From positions 150,001 to 182,000 of the forward strand of contig NZ_BCZP01000002.1 in the NCBI RefSeq assembly GCF_001598795.1: DNA of 32,000 nt, in the 5' to 3' direction. Positions within the stretch are counted from its first letter, which is position 1, and each line of letters opens with the position of its first letter. Both the position numbers and the translations under genes were made by a program. The DNA comes from Delftia acidovorans NBRC 14950. Lineage in GTDB: Bacteria > Pseudomonadota > Gammaproteobacteria > Burkholderiales > Burkholderiaceae_C. This document shows positions 15,262 through 23,567 of the stretch, in pieces. Under the pieces are notes generated by a model. It had not been told where the DNA came from. It was given only the letters and a program-made list of their open reading frames with translations, and ran no database searches.

Positions 15262-16284
15262 TCAATATTTGTTCGAGAAGTTGGCGCTGATGCGCTGGCG
15301 CAGGTACTCCGCGCCCGTGATGGGTGGGTACTTCTTTTGCGGCCCTTCGATCACCGCGTCCTCGTTGGCCTGGCAGAAGAAGGCCAGGCTGTAGCGCGCG
15401 CCCTGGTATTCATGGGGCAGGGGATTGCGCACGCGGTGGAAGTTGCTGGGCAGCTGGTCGTCGCTCCAGCGCGTGAGCATGTCGCCGATGTTGCAGGTGA
15501 TCACGCCTTCCACGGGGTCCACGGGCGTCCATTGCTGGCCTTCCATCTCCTTGCCCGGCAGCACCTGCAGGCCGCCCTGGCCCGCGCGCTGGAACAGCAG
15601 GGTCAGGCAGTCGAAGTCGGTGTGGGCGCCTGCGCGCCACAGGCCCAGCTCGTCCTTGAGCGCGGGATCGACCGCGAAGTAGTGCAGCATGCGCAGCGTG
15701 CTCTGGTAGGCGGGCACCGAAGGGTCGTGGGCGCGCGTGAAGAAGTCCGCATCAAAGCCCAGCTTGTACGCAAAGCACGACAGCAGCTGCATGCCCACCT
15801 GCCAGCACTGGCGCTCGAAGTCCAGCGTGGCCTGCTGAAAGCCCGGCAGCTCCTGCTGCGTGGGCCACAGGCCGGCCATGCGCGGTCGCGTCATCTGGTA
15901 GGACTCCTTCTGGTCGGGCGTGCGCGTGGAAGGCCGGATCTGCGCCTTGTGCTCCCAGCCCGCATTGCGCGATAGCGGCCACTGCGCCTTCACCTCGCGC
16001 GGCAGGGCGAACAACTGCTCGGCACGCCCGAAGGCCGCATCGATATCGGGCTGGGGAATGCCGTGGCCCGACACCTGGAAGAAGCCGATCTCCACCGAGG
16101 CCTGCCAGATCGCATCGGCGATCTCGGCCTTGCGGCGGTCAAAGTCGGAGATATCGATCACCCGCACCTCTCGTGCGCGCGTCTCCTGCCCCTGGCCGCC
16201 CATGCGGGCCTCCTTGGCGAGTTCGCCCAGCGCGTAATCTGAGGCCGGTGCCGAAGTCAGGGTGGGGTTGGCAAGCATGTTCAT
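15262..16284 (-). CDS. 2OG-Fe(II) oxygenase, isopenicillin-N-synthase-like family
   Basis: Facial triad AHTDFD (HxD) and NFHRV (His), plus RYSLAFF (RxS). N-terminal DIOX_N-like region (IDISDF...GFFQVSGHGI). ATG 16284 is preceded by AAGGAAA. Confidence 0.9.
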   Translation of the reverse strand: MNMLANPTLTSAPASDYALGELAKEARMGGQGQETRAREVRVIDISDFDRRKAEIADAIWQASVEIGFFQVSGHGIPQPDIDAAFGRAEQLFALPREVKAQWPLSRNAGWEHKAQIRPSTRTPDQKESYQMTRPRMAGLWPTQQELPGFQQATLDFERQCWQVGMQLLSCFAYKLGFDADFFTRAHDPSVPAYQSTLRMLHYFAVDPALKDELGLWRAGAHTDFDCLTLLFQRAGQGGLQVLPGKEMEGQQWTPVDPVEGVITCNIGDMLTRWSDDQLPSNFHRVRNPLPHEYQGARYSLAFFCQANEDAVIEGPQKKYPPITGAEYLRQRISANFSNKY

Positions 16285-16452
16285 GGTCTGTTTCCTTTGC
16301 CGCAAAGGCAGTGGCAAGGCACGCAGCGGCCGGCGCAAAAAGACACCGATCCCGCCCGTCGCTCTTGAAGTGGCTGAAAGGGCACAGGTCGCAGCCACGC
16401 CGCTCCCGCACCCGCTTCAAGAGCAATGACCCGCGCCGGCACAGGCCGGCAA

Positions 16453-16778
16453 GCTGAACGCTTCTACTCTTGCCAACCACCCAAGCAAACAGCGCGCCAG
16501 CCCGCGCAGGCCGGTTCTTCGCTGCGCGCGTTCCATCGTGGTGCAGCTGTCAGTCGAAATCGTGTTGTTGCCCCACATCTAGCTGGCGGTGCACCAAGGT
16601 GATGCATGCCCGCAGCGCTTGAAACTGGCGCGGCCCCACTCAGAGACACCAAGGAAGGGCCGCCCCGCACCGAGGGTGTCGTCCCCCTCCCGCGCAGCGA
16701 GAGAGGGGGAAGGCGCGAAGCGACTCAGGGGGTGGTACGCACTTTGCATACAAGCATCGTTGAGTAGAAGCGTTCAGC
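16453..16778. repeat. 326-bp segment bounded by perfect 17-bp inverted repeats and enclosing repeat copy 3
   Basis: GCTGAACGCTTCTACTC at 16453-16469 has its exact reverse complement at 16762-16778. No credible coding capacity. Confidence 0.5.
16614..16732 (+). repeat. Dispersed structured intergenic repeat, copy 3
   Basis: Aligns with copies 1 and 2. Same three predicted stem-loops. Lies in the ~600-bp divergent intergenic region. Confidence 0.85.
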
Positions 16779-16881
16779 ACGCGCCCAGTGCGCGTTGCCC
16801 GGAAATTGCTCATGTCACGCCAGCCGCCCGGCCCCATGCCAGCGGCCGGTCCCCATGTTGATAGCGACTGAGAGTTCCACC

Positions 16882-17910
16882 ATGCAACGCCGCCATTTCC
16901 TTGCCGCCGCCGCCCTTCCCGCTGCCAGTGCCGTGATGCCCGGTGCCTTCGCCCAGGGCAAGGCGCTGACACCGCTGAAGTTCACGCTGGACTTTCGCGT
17001 GACCTCGCAGACCGCGCCCTTTTTCGTGGCGCTGCAAAAGGGCTACTACCGCGACGAGGGGCTGGACGTGAGCATCGACGTGGGTTCGGGCTCGGTGGCA
17101 TCCATCACGCGGGTGGCCAGTGGCGCCTACCAGCTGGGCCTGGGCGACATCAGCTCGCTGATCGAGTTCCAGGCGCAGAACGCAGGTGCCGCGCGCGTGC
17201 AGGCCGTCTACCAGTACTACAACCGCGCGCCGTTCGCCATCATCGGCCGCAAGGACCGGGGCATCACGGGCGAGTTCGCCAGCCTCAAGGGCAAGAAGGT
17301 GGCCGCCGCCGCCGTGGAGTCCACGCGCCGCGTCTGGCCCCTGGTCGCGCAGCGCCAGAACCTGCCGGCCGACCTGTTCGCCTGGACCACGACGGAGTTC
17401 TCGGCGCGCGACAACGTAGTGGTGCGCGGCGATGTGGATGCGGCCACCTATTTCCATGACTCGGCCGTGTCGCTGTTCGCACGCATCAAGCCCGAGGAGC
17501 TGTCGGTGCTGCGCTATACCGATGCGGGCGTGCAGCTGTATGGCAACGCCATCCTGGCTTCCAGCGCGCTGGTGGCCGAGCAGCCGGCGCTGGTGGCGGG
17601 ATTCCTGCGCGCCAGCAACCGCGCCCTCATCGAATGCCTGGCCCAGCCCGCGCTGGCCGTGGCCGCCGTGCGCCAGCGCGAGCCCATCCTGGATGAAAAG
17701 CTGGAACTGGCGCGCTGGGCCATCACCTCGCAGTACCTGGCCGCGCCCGATACGCAGCGCCACGGCCTGGGCGATATCGACCCGCAGCTGCTGGCCCGCC
17801 AGGCTGAGCAGGTCAGCCAGGCCTTTGCCCTGAAGGCGCCCGTGTCGGCCGACGCGCTGTTCAACCGCAGCCTGCTGCCGCCGCTGGCCGCGCGCATGGC
17901 CAAGGCCTGA
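16882..17910 (+). CDS. NMT1/THI5-like (NitT/TauT family) ABC substrate-binding protein, paralog 1
   Basis: MQRRHFLAAAAL twin-arginine-like leader. LKFTLDFRVTSQTAPFFVALQKGYYRDEGLDV is typical of the NMT1/SsuA-like fold. Paralogous to 18492-19529. Confidence 0.85.
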   Translation: MQRRHFLAAAALPAASAVMPGAFAQGKALTPLKFTLDFRVTSQTAPFFVALQKGYYRDEGLDVSIDVGSGSVASITRVASGAYQLGLGDISSLIEFQAQNAGAARVQAVYQYYNRAPFAIIGRKDRGITGEFASLKGKKVAAAAVESTRRVWPLVAQRQNLPADLFAWTTTEFSARDNVVVRGDVDAATYFHDSAVSLFARIKPEELSVLRYTDAGVQLYGNAILASSALVAEQPALVAGFLRASNRALIECLAQPALAVAAVRQREPILDEKLELARWAITSQYLAAPDTQRHGLGDIDPQLLARQAEQVSQAFALKAPVSADALFNRSLLPPLAARMAKA

Positions 17911-17920
17911 GGGATCGCAC

Positions 17921-18436
17921 ATGGACCACGCCACCGTTTCACTGCCCCTTGAGGCCTCGCTCGACGAGCGCGACGGCCTGTACCTGCGCCGCGCCATCGC
18001 CATGGCCGACCGCGCGCGCAAGCGCGGCAACCGCCCTTTCGGCGCGCTCATCGTGGCCGCCGATGGCCGCGTGCTCGCCGAGGCCTCCAACGCCAATGGC
18101 GAGAGCGGCGACTGCACGGCCCATGCCGAGCTGTCGGCCATCCGCCTGGCCAGCCCCTTGCATGACCGCGAGGCGCTGTCCGCAGCCACCTTGTATTCAT
18201 CGGCCGAGCCCTGCGTGATGTGCGCGGGCGCCATCTTCTGGTCGGCCATAGGCCGCGTGGTCTACGGCATAGACGCGGTGCGCCTGCGCGAATTCCGCGG
18301 CGAGCGCCTGGACCAGAAGGATGCCGAGCTGTCCTGCCGCGATGTGTTCGCCGCCTCGTCACACGCCATCGAATGCATAGGCCCGGCGCTGATCGGCGAG
18401 GCCGCCGCTTCGCACCAGGGCGCCTGGAAAAGCTGA
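17921..18436 (+). CDS. CDA-fold zinc deaminase (cytosine/guanine/nucleoside deaminase-like), paralog 1
   Basis: Zinc/catalytic motifs HAE (CTAHAELSAI) and PCxxC (EPCVMCAG). NRPFGALIV block. SD GAGGGA upstream. Confidence 0.85.
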   Translation: MDHATVSLPLEASLDERDGLYLRRAIAMADRARKRGNRPFGALIVAADGRVLAEASNANGESGDCTAHAELSAIRLASPLHDREALSAATLYSSAEPCVMCAGAIFWSAIGRVVYGIDAVRLREFRGERLDQKDAELSCRDVFAASSHAIECIGPALIGEAAASHQGAWKS

Positions 18437-18491
18437 TCCGGCCCCGTTCCGTCCCCACCGTTTCTTTTGACCATCAGAGAGGAAGCCCACC

Positions 18492-19529
18492 ATGCAAAAA
18501 CGACTGTTCCTGCACACCGTCCTGGCCCTGTCCGCCAGCGCGGGCCTGGCAACGGCCCAGACACAGGCCCACGCGGCCACGCCGCTGAAGTTCCAGCTGG
18601 ACTGGCGCTTCGAGGGGCCGGCCGCCTTCTTCCTGCAGCCGGTGGCCAAGGGCTACTTCAAGGACGTGGGCCTGGATGTCACGGTCGATGCCGGCAGCGG
18701 CTCGGGCGGCGTGGTGCAGCGCGTGGCCTCGGGCGCCTATGACCTGGGCTTTGCCGACATCGCGGCGCTGATGGAGTTCCAGGCCAACAACCCGGACATG
18801 CCCAACAAGCCCGTGGCCGTGATGATGGTCTACAACAACACGCCGGCCTCGGTGATGGCGCTCAAGAAAAGCGGCATCGCCAAGACGGCCGACCTCACCG
18901 GCAAGAAGCTGGGCGCGCCCGTGTTCGATGCGGGCCGCCGCGCCTTCCCGCTGTTCGCCAAGGCCAACCAGGTCGGCACCGTGCAGTGGACGGCCATGGA
19001 CCCGCCGCTGCGCGAGACCATGCTGGTGCGCGGCGATGTGGATGCCATCACCGGCTTCACCTTCACCTCGCTGCTGAACCTGGAGGCGCGCGGCATCAAG
19101 GCCGCCGATGTGGTGGTCATGCCCTATGCGGACTTCGGCGTGAAGCTGTACGGCAACGCCATCATCGCCAGCCCGAAGCTGATCAAGGAGAACCCGGCCG
19201 CCATCAAGGCCTTCCTGCAGGCCTTCGCCAAGGGGGCCAAGGAAGTCATCGCCAACCCGGGCGCGGCCATTGCCTACGTGAAGGAGCGCGACGGCATCGT
19301 CAACACCCAGCTGGAGACACGCCGCCTGCAACTGGCCATCGACACCGTGGTCAACAGCGCCGACGCGCGTGCCGAGGGCTTTGGCCAGGTCGTGCCCACG
19401 CGGCTGTCGCTGATGGCGTCGCAGGTCTCCGATGTCTATGCCACCAAGACGCGCGTGAACCCGGCCGAGGTCTGGAACGGCAGCTTCCTGCCGTCTGCGG
19501 CCGAGCTGAACATCCTGCCCAAGAAGTGA
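18492..19529 (+). CDS. NMT1/THI5-like (NitT/TauT family) ABC substrate-binding protein, paralog 2
   Basis: Sec-type leader MQKRLFLHTVLALSASAGLATA. LKFQLDWRFEGPAAFFLQPVAKGYFKDVGLDV aligns with paralog 1 along the full length. SD AGAGGAAG. Confidence 0.9.
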   Translation: MQKRLFLHTVLALSASAGLATAQTQAHAATPLKFQLDWRFEGPAAFFLQPVAKGYFKDVGLDVTVDAGSGSGGVVQRVASGAYDLGFADIAALMEFQANNPDMPNKPVAVMMVYNNTPASVMALKKSGIAKTADLTGKKLGAPVFDAGRRAFPLFAKANQVGTVQWTAMDPPLRETMLVRGDVDAITGFTFTSLLNLEARGIKAADVVVMPYADFGVKLYGNAIIASPKLIKENPAAIKAFLQAFAKGAKEVIANPGAAIAYVKERDGIVNTQLETRRLQLAIDTVVNSADARAEGFGQVVPTRLSLMASQVSDVYATKTRVNPAEVWNGSFLPSAAELNILPKK

Positions 19530-19597
19530 CGACAAAGTGATTGACACCGTGCGCGTGCGCCAGCGGGCGACGCGCCGGCCCTTGCCTGCTGCCTGCC

Positions 19598-20440
19598 ATG
19601 AATTCCTCCACATCCCACGGCGATGACGACGCCTTCTTCGTCGAGTTCCGCGACGTCTGGCTTGCCTACAACGAGGAGCTGCTGCGCGCCAACCACTTCG
19701 CGGTCGAGGCCATCGACCTGCAGGTGCGGCGCGGCGAGTTCATCGCCATCGTCGGCCCCTCGGGCTGCGGCAAGTCCACCTTCATGAAGCTGACCACGGG
19801 GCTGAAGATGCCCTCCATGGGCCGTGTCATGGTCAACGGCGAGCGTGTGACCGGGCCGCTGAAGATCTCGGGCATGGCCTTCCAGGCACCGTCGCTGCTG
19901 CCCTGGCGCACCACGGTGGACAACGTGCTGCTGCCGCTGGAGATCGTGGAGCCGCACCGCTCGCAGTTCCGCCAAAAGCGCAAGGAGTACGAGGCGCGTG
20001 CGCGCGCCCTGCTGCAGAAGGTGGGCCTGGGCGGCTACGAGGACAAGTACCCCTGGCAGCTGTCTGGCGGTATGCAGCAGCGCGCCAGCATCTGCCGCGC
20101 GCTGATCCACGAGCCCCAGATGCTGCTGCTGGACGAACCCTTCGGCGCGCTGGACGCCTTCACGCGCGAGGAGCTGTGGTGCGTGCTGCGCGACCTGCAG
20201 GCCGAGCAGCGCTTCAACGTCATCCTGGTCACGCACGACCTGCGCGAGAGCGTCTTCCTGGCCGACACCGTGTACGTGATGAGCAAGAGCCCGGGCCGCT
20301 TCGTGGTGCGCCGCGACATCGAGCTGCCGCGCCCGCGCGAGCTGGAGCTGACCTACACGCGCGAATTCACCGACATCGTGCACGAGCTGCGCGGCCACAT
20401 CGGCGCCATGCGCAAGACCGGCGCGGCCATCCAACAATAG
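19598..20440 (+). CDS. ABC transporter ATP-binding protein (NitT/TauT, SsuB/TauB-like)
   Basis: Walker A GPSGCGKST, Q-loop AFQAPSLLPW, signature LSGGMQQR, Walker B LLLLDEP, H-loop VTHD. Start ATG 19598 is preferred over TTG 19541, with no clear SD. Confidence 0.85.
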   Translation: MNSSTSHGDDDAFFVEFRDVWLAYNEELLRANHFAVEAIDLQVRRGEFIAIVGPSGCGKSTFMKLTTGLKMPSMGRVMVNGERVTGPLKISGMAFQAPSLLPWRTTVDNVLLPLEIVEPHRSQFRQKRKEYEARARALLQKVGLGGYEDKYPWQLSGGMQQRASICRALIHEPQMLLLDEPFGALDAFTREELWCVLRDLQAEQRFNVILVTHDLRESVFLADTVYVMSKSPGRFVVRRDIELPRPRELELTYTREFTDIVHELRGHIGAMRKTGAAIQQ

Positions 20441-20456
20441 AACGGGGGAGATTCAC

Positions 20457-21224
20457 ATGCACAAGAAATACGCGGAACGCTGGGCGCCCTGGGTGCTGCT
20501 GCTGGCGGTCATCCTGCTGTGGCAGGTCATCTGCTCGGCCTTCGAGGTCTCGGAATTCATCTTCCCCAGCCCCTGGGCCATCGGCCGGCAGCTGGCCGAG
20601 TTCAGCGGCATCATCGCCGCCCACGCCTGGCGCACCTACTGGGTGACGATGGCGGGCTTTGGCATCGCCATCGTGGTGGGCGTGCTGCTGGGCTTTCTGA
20701 TCGGCTCCTCGCGCCTGGCCTATGCGGCGTTCTATCCGCTGATGACGGCCTTCAACGCACTGCCCAAGGCGGCCTTCGTGCCCATCCTGGTGGTCTGGTT
20801 CGGCATCGGCGCAGGACCGGCCATCCTCACGGCCTTCCTGATCAGCTTCTTTCCCATCATGGTCAACATCGCCACCGGCCTGGCCACGCTGGAGCCCGAG
20901 CTGGAGGATGTGCTGCGCGTGCTGGGCGCCCGGCGCTGGGACGTGCTGATCAAGGTCGGCCTGCCGCGCTCCATGCCCTACTTCTACGGCTCGCTGAAGG
21001 TGGCGATCACCCTGGCCTTCGTGGGCACCACGGTCAGCGAGATGACCGCGGCCAACGAAGGCATCGGCTACCTGCTGGTGTCGGCCGGCTCGTCCATGCA
21101 GATGGGCCTGGCCTTTGCCGGCCTGATCGTGGTGGGCGCCATGGCCATGGTGATGTACGAGCTGTTCAGCGCCATCGAAAAGCGCACCACCGGCTGGGCC
21201 CGGCGCGGCTCGCAGGGTGAGTGA
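20457..21224 (+). CDS. ABC transporter permease (NitT/TauT, SsuC/TauC-like)
   Basis: Multi-pass hydrophobic protein with an EAA-like loop (LEDVLRVLGARRWDVLIKVGLPRSMP). SD GGGGGAG. Confidence 0.9.
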   Translation: MHKKYAERWAPWVLLLAVILLWQVICSAFEVSEFIFPSPWAIGRQLAEFSGIIAAHAWRTYWVTMAGFGIAIVVGVLLGFLIGSSRLAYAAFYPLMTAFNALPKAAFVPILVVWFGIGAGPAILTAFLISFFPIMVNIATGLATLEPELEDVLRVLGARRWDVLIKVGLPRSMPYFYGSLKVAITLAFVGTTVSEMTAANEGIGYLLVSAGSSMQMGLAFAGLIVVGAMAMVMYELFSAIEKRTTGWARRGSQGE

Positions 21225-21759
21225 GAATCCGGCCATGATGCCCGCACCCACGACGACACCGCCCATGACGCCCATGACGCCCCTGACCGCCGAACAGGCG
21301 GCCCGCCAGCTGCGCCGCGCAGGCGCCGTGGCCGGGCGGGCCATGGCCATGGGCCGCCATCCCTTTGGCGCACTGCTGCTGGCGCCCGACGGCGAGACCG
21401 TGCTGGCCGAGCAGGGCAACATCGACACGGTGAACCATGCGGAGTCCACCCTGGCGCGCACGGCGGCCGCCAACTATCCGGGCGCCTATCTGGCGCAGTG
21501 CACCCTGGTCACCACCTTCGAGCCCTGCGCCATGTGCGCCGGAACCATCTACTGGGCCGGCATAGGCCGCGTGCTCTACGGCGCCGAGGAAACGGCGCTG
21601 CTGGCGCTGACGGGCGACCATCCCGAAAACCCCACGCTGTCCCTGCCCTGTCGCGAGGTCTTCGCGCGCGGGCAGCGCAGCGTGCAGGTCGTGGGGCCCG
21701 TGCCTGCGCTGCAGGAGGAGATGCTGGCGCCGCACCGGGGCTTCTGGCAACAGGGCTGA
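21217..21759 (+). CDS. CDA-fold zinc deaminase, paralog 2
   Basis: HAE (VNHAESTLA), PCxxC (EPCAMCAG) and a RHPFGALLL block. The start is either GTG 21217 (8-nt overlap with the permease stop) or ATG 21235. Confidence 0.8.
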   Translation: MSENPAMMPAPTTTPPMTPMTPLTAEQAARQLRRAGAVAGRAMAMGRHPFGALLLAPDGETVLAEQGNIDTVNHAESTLARTAAANYPGAYLAQCTLVTTFEPCAMCAGTIYWAGIGRVLYGAEETALLALTGDHPENPTLSLPCREVFARGQRSVQVVGPVPALQEEMLAPHRGFWQQG

Positions 21760-21780
21760 GCCGCCTGCGCGGGCGGCTCA
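21757..21780. terminator. Hairpin shared by convergent genes, with both stop codons in the stem
   Basis: TGAGCCGCC-tgcgcg-GGCGGCTCA. The TGA of the deaminase (21757-21759) and the TCA that is the TGA of eptA (21778-21780) form the base of the stem. There is no T-tract, so terminator function is uncertain. Confidence 0.35.
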
Positions 21781-23544
21781 ACTGCGGCAGCCGGCCAGCG
21801 CGTCCAGGGGCTTCTGGTAGGTGGGGCTGGTCACGTCCAGCAGGCCCAGGGTGGTGTGGTAGAGGTTGTCGTGCGACAGCGGCGCGTCCAGCTGGCCGCG
21901 CACGCAGCGCTCGGACACGCCGGTGCGCTCGCCCAGGTTGCCCAGCCAGGCAATCATGGGAATGTGCTTTTGCTCGTCGGGCGCCATGGCGTAGGGCATG
22001 CCGTGCAGGTAGATGCCCATCTCGCCCAGCGACTCGCCATGGTCCGACATGTAGACCATGCCGGTCTGGTAGCGCGACTGCTGGCTTGCCAGCCAATCGA
22101 TGGTCTGCGACAGGAAGTGGTCGTTGTAGCGGATGGAGTTGTCGTAGACATTGACCACCTGCTCGCGCGTGCAGCTGGACAGTGCATTGGTCAGGCATTC
22201 GGGCTGGAAGACCTTGGTCTCTGGCGTGGAGCGCTTGTAGTAGGCCGGGCCGTGGCTGCCCATCTCGTGCATGACCAACACCACGCCGCGCTCGCGGCGC
22301 TCGCGCGGCAGGGCGGCGATGCGTTCGTCGATGCCGCTGAGCAGGATGCCGTCCAGGCATTCGCCGTCGCTGGAGCACAGGGCCTTGCCGTCGGGCGTGT
22401 TCAGGCGGTCGGCCGTGCTGGCGTTGGGAATGCGTTCGCACACGCCCTTGCAGCCAGCCTGGTTGTCCACCCACAGCACGGCCAGGCCGGCGTTGTACAG
22501 CACGTCCACCAGGTTGTCGTAGTCCACCTTGCTCTTGTAGAAGCCCGTGCGGCCCAGGTGGGAGAACATGCAGGGCACGGATTCGCGCGTGCTGGTGCCG
22601 CAGGAGGTCACGTTGCTCCAGTTGAGCACCTTGCGCCTGGCCAGCTCGGGCGTGGTGTCGCGGGCATAGCCGTTCAGGCCCCAGTTGGCGGCGCGCGCCG
22701 TCTCGCCCACCACGATGACGAACAGCGGCGGCTTGCGCTCGGCCGCATAGGTGGCGCCCAGCGTGGCGCCGGCCGCAATGCTGGCAAACGGGCGCTTGGG
22801 CCGCAGGATGGGCTTGAGCACCGCGTCCAGCGAGGCCAGCACGGGGCTCACGGGGTTGAGCATGTGGCGCATCCACAGGTTGTTGCGGATCACGGGGGCC
22901 AGCTCGCGGTACGAGACAAAGACCGACGCCGCCAGCAGCACCACCGAGGCGGCCAGCAGCCCCAGCGTGCGCAGCACCGTCTGCGTGCTGCGGCGCGGGC
23001 GGATGACGCGCAGCCGCAGCAGCCATGCCGTGGGCAGTCCGGCCACCAGCAGCAGCTGCAGCAGCAGCTGGGGGTTGAACAGGTCGCTGCTTTCGCGCAG
23101 GTCGGTCTGCAGGATGTTGTTGATCATGCCGCCGTCCATCACCGTGCCGTAGGCGGTCATGAAGTACTGGGCCGCGCCGGCAATCCAGGGCAGGGCAATC
23201 CACAGCGGCTTCATGCCGCGCGGCCAGGCCGTCAGCGACAGCAGCAGCAGCAGGCCGCCCAGGCCCAGGGGCAGCAGCCGCAGCACCAGGGCGGCCAGGC
23301 TGCCGTCATAGCCTTCCAGGTGGGGCAGGCGCCGCCACAGCGCCCAGTTGGCGGTGGCCAGCAGCCACAGCGCCAGCACCAGGGCCACGGCCTGGGGCGA
23401 GCGCGGGGCGCTCCAGGCTGTGCGCAGCCGTGCCGGGAGGCTGGCGGGGGCCGCCTGGGCAGGCTGGGCAGAAGATGGGGCCGGGGCTTGGCCGGTGCCG
23501 GAGGAGCCGGCAAAGGGGGGGCGGGCGAGCAGGCGTTCTGACAT
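21778..23544 (-). CDS. eptA: Lipid A phosphoethanolamine transferase, EptA/PmrC/MCR family
   Basis: N-terminal multi-TM domain plus a periplasmic sulfatase-fold domain, with VVGETARA, SCGTSTRESVPCMFS (nucleophile Thr region) and MSDHGESLGEMGIYLHGMPYAMAP. Confidence 0.9.
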   Translation of the reverse strand: MSERLLARPPFAGSSGTGQAPAPSSAQPAQAAPASLPARLRTAWSAPRSPQAVALVLALWLLATANWALWRRLPHLEGYDGSLAALVLRLLPLGLGGLLLLLSLTAWPRGMKPLWIALPWIAGAAQYFMTAYGTVMDGGMINNILQTDLRESSDLFNPQLLLQLLLVAGLPTAWLLRLRVIRPRRSTQTVLRTLGLLAASVVLLAASVFVSYRELAPVIRNNLWMRHMLNPVSPVLASLDAVLKPILRPKRPFASIAAGATLGATYAAERKPPLFVIVVGETARAANWGLNGYARDTTPELARRKVLNWSNVTSCGTSTRESVPCMFSHLGRTGFYKSKVDYDNLVDVLYNAGLAVLWVDNQAGCKGVCERIPNASTADRLNTPDGKALCSSDGECLDGILLSGIDERIAALPRERRERGVVLVMHEMGSHGPAYYKRSTPETKVFQPECLTNALSSCTREQVVNVYDNSIRYNDHFLSQTIDWLASQQSRYQTGMVYMSDHGESLGEMGIYLHGMPYAMAPDEQKHIPMIAWLGNLGERTGVSERCVRGQLDAPLSHDNLYHTTLGLLDVTSPTYQKPLDALAGCRS

Positions 23545-23567
23545 GGCCGCGAGCGTAGAATTCGCAG

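Noticed and set aside
6863-16732. CRISPR array or other regularly spaced repeat locus formed by the three ~118-nt repeats
   Set aside because: Copies are 1.4 to 8 kb apart and separated by ordinary genes. One is inverted, the repeat is far longer than CRISPR repeats, and no cas genes are present.
16780-16881. TPP (THI-box) riboswitch upstream of the NMT1/THI5-like SBP1, prompted by a CTGAGA at 16868-16873
   Set aside because: The CTGAGA lies only 8 nt from the ATG. I cannot find the other conserved THI-box segments (the ACCTGATCTGGATAATGCCAGCG-like pyrimidine-sensor helix) in the leader.
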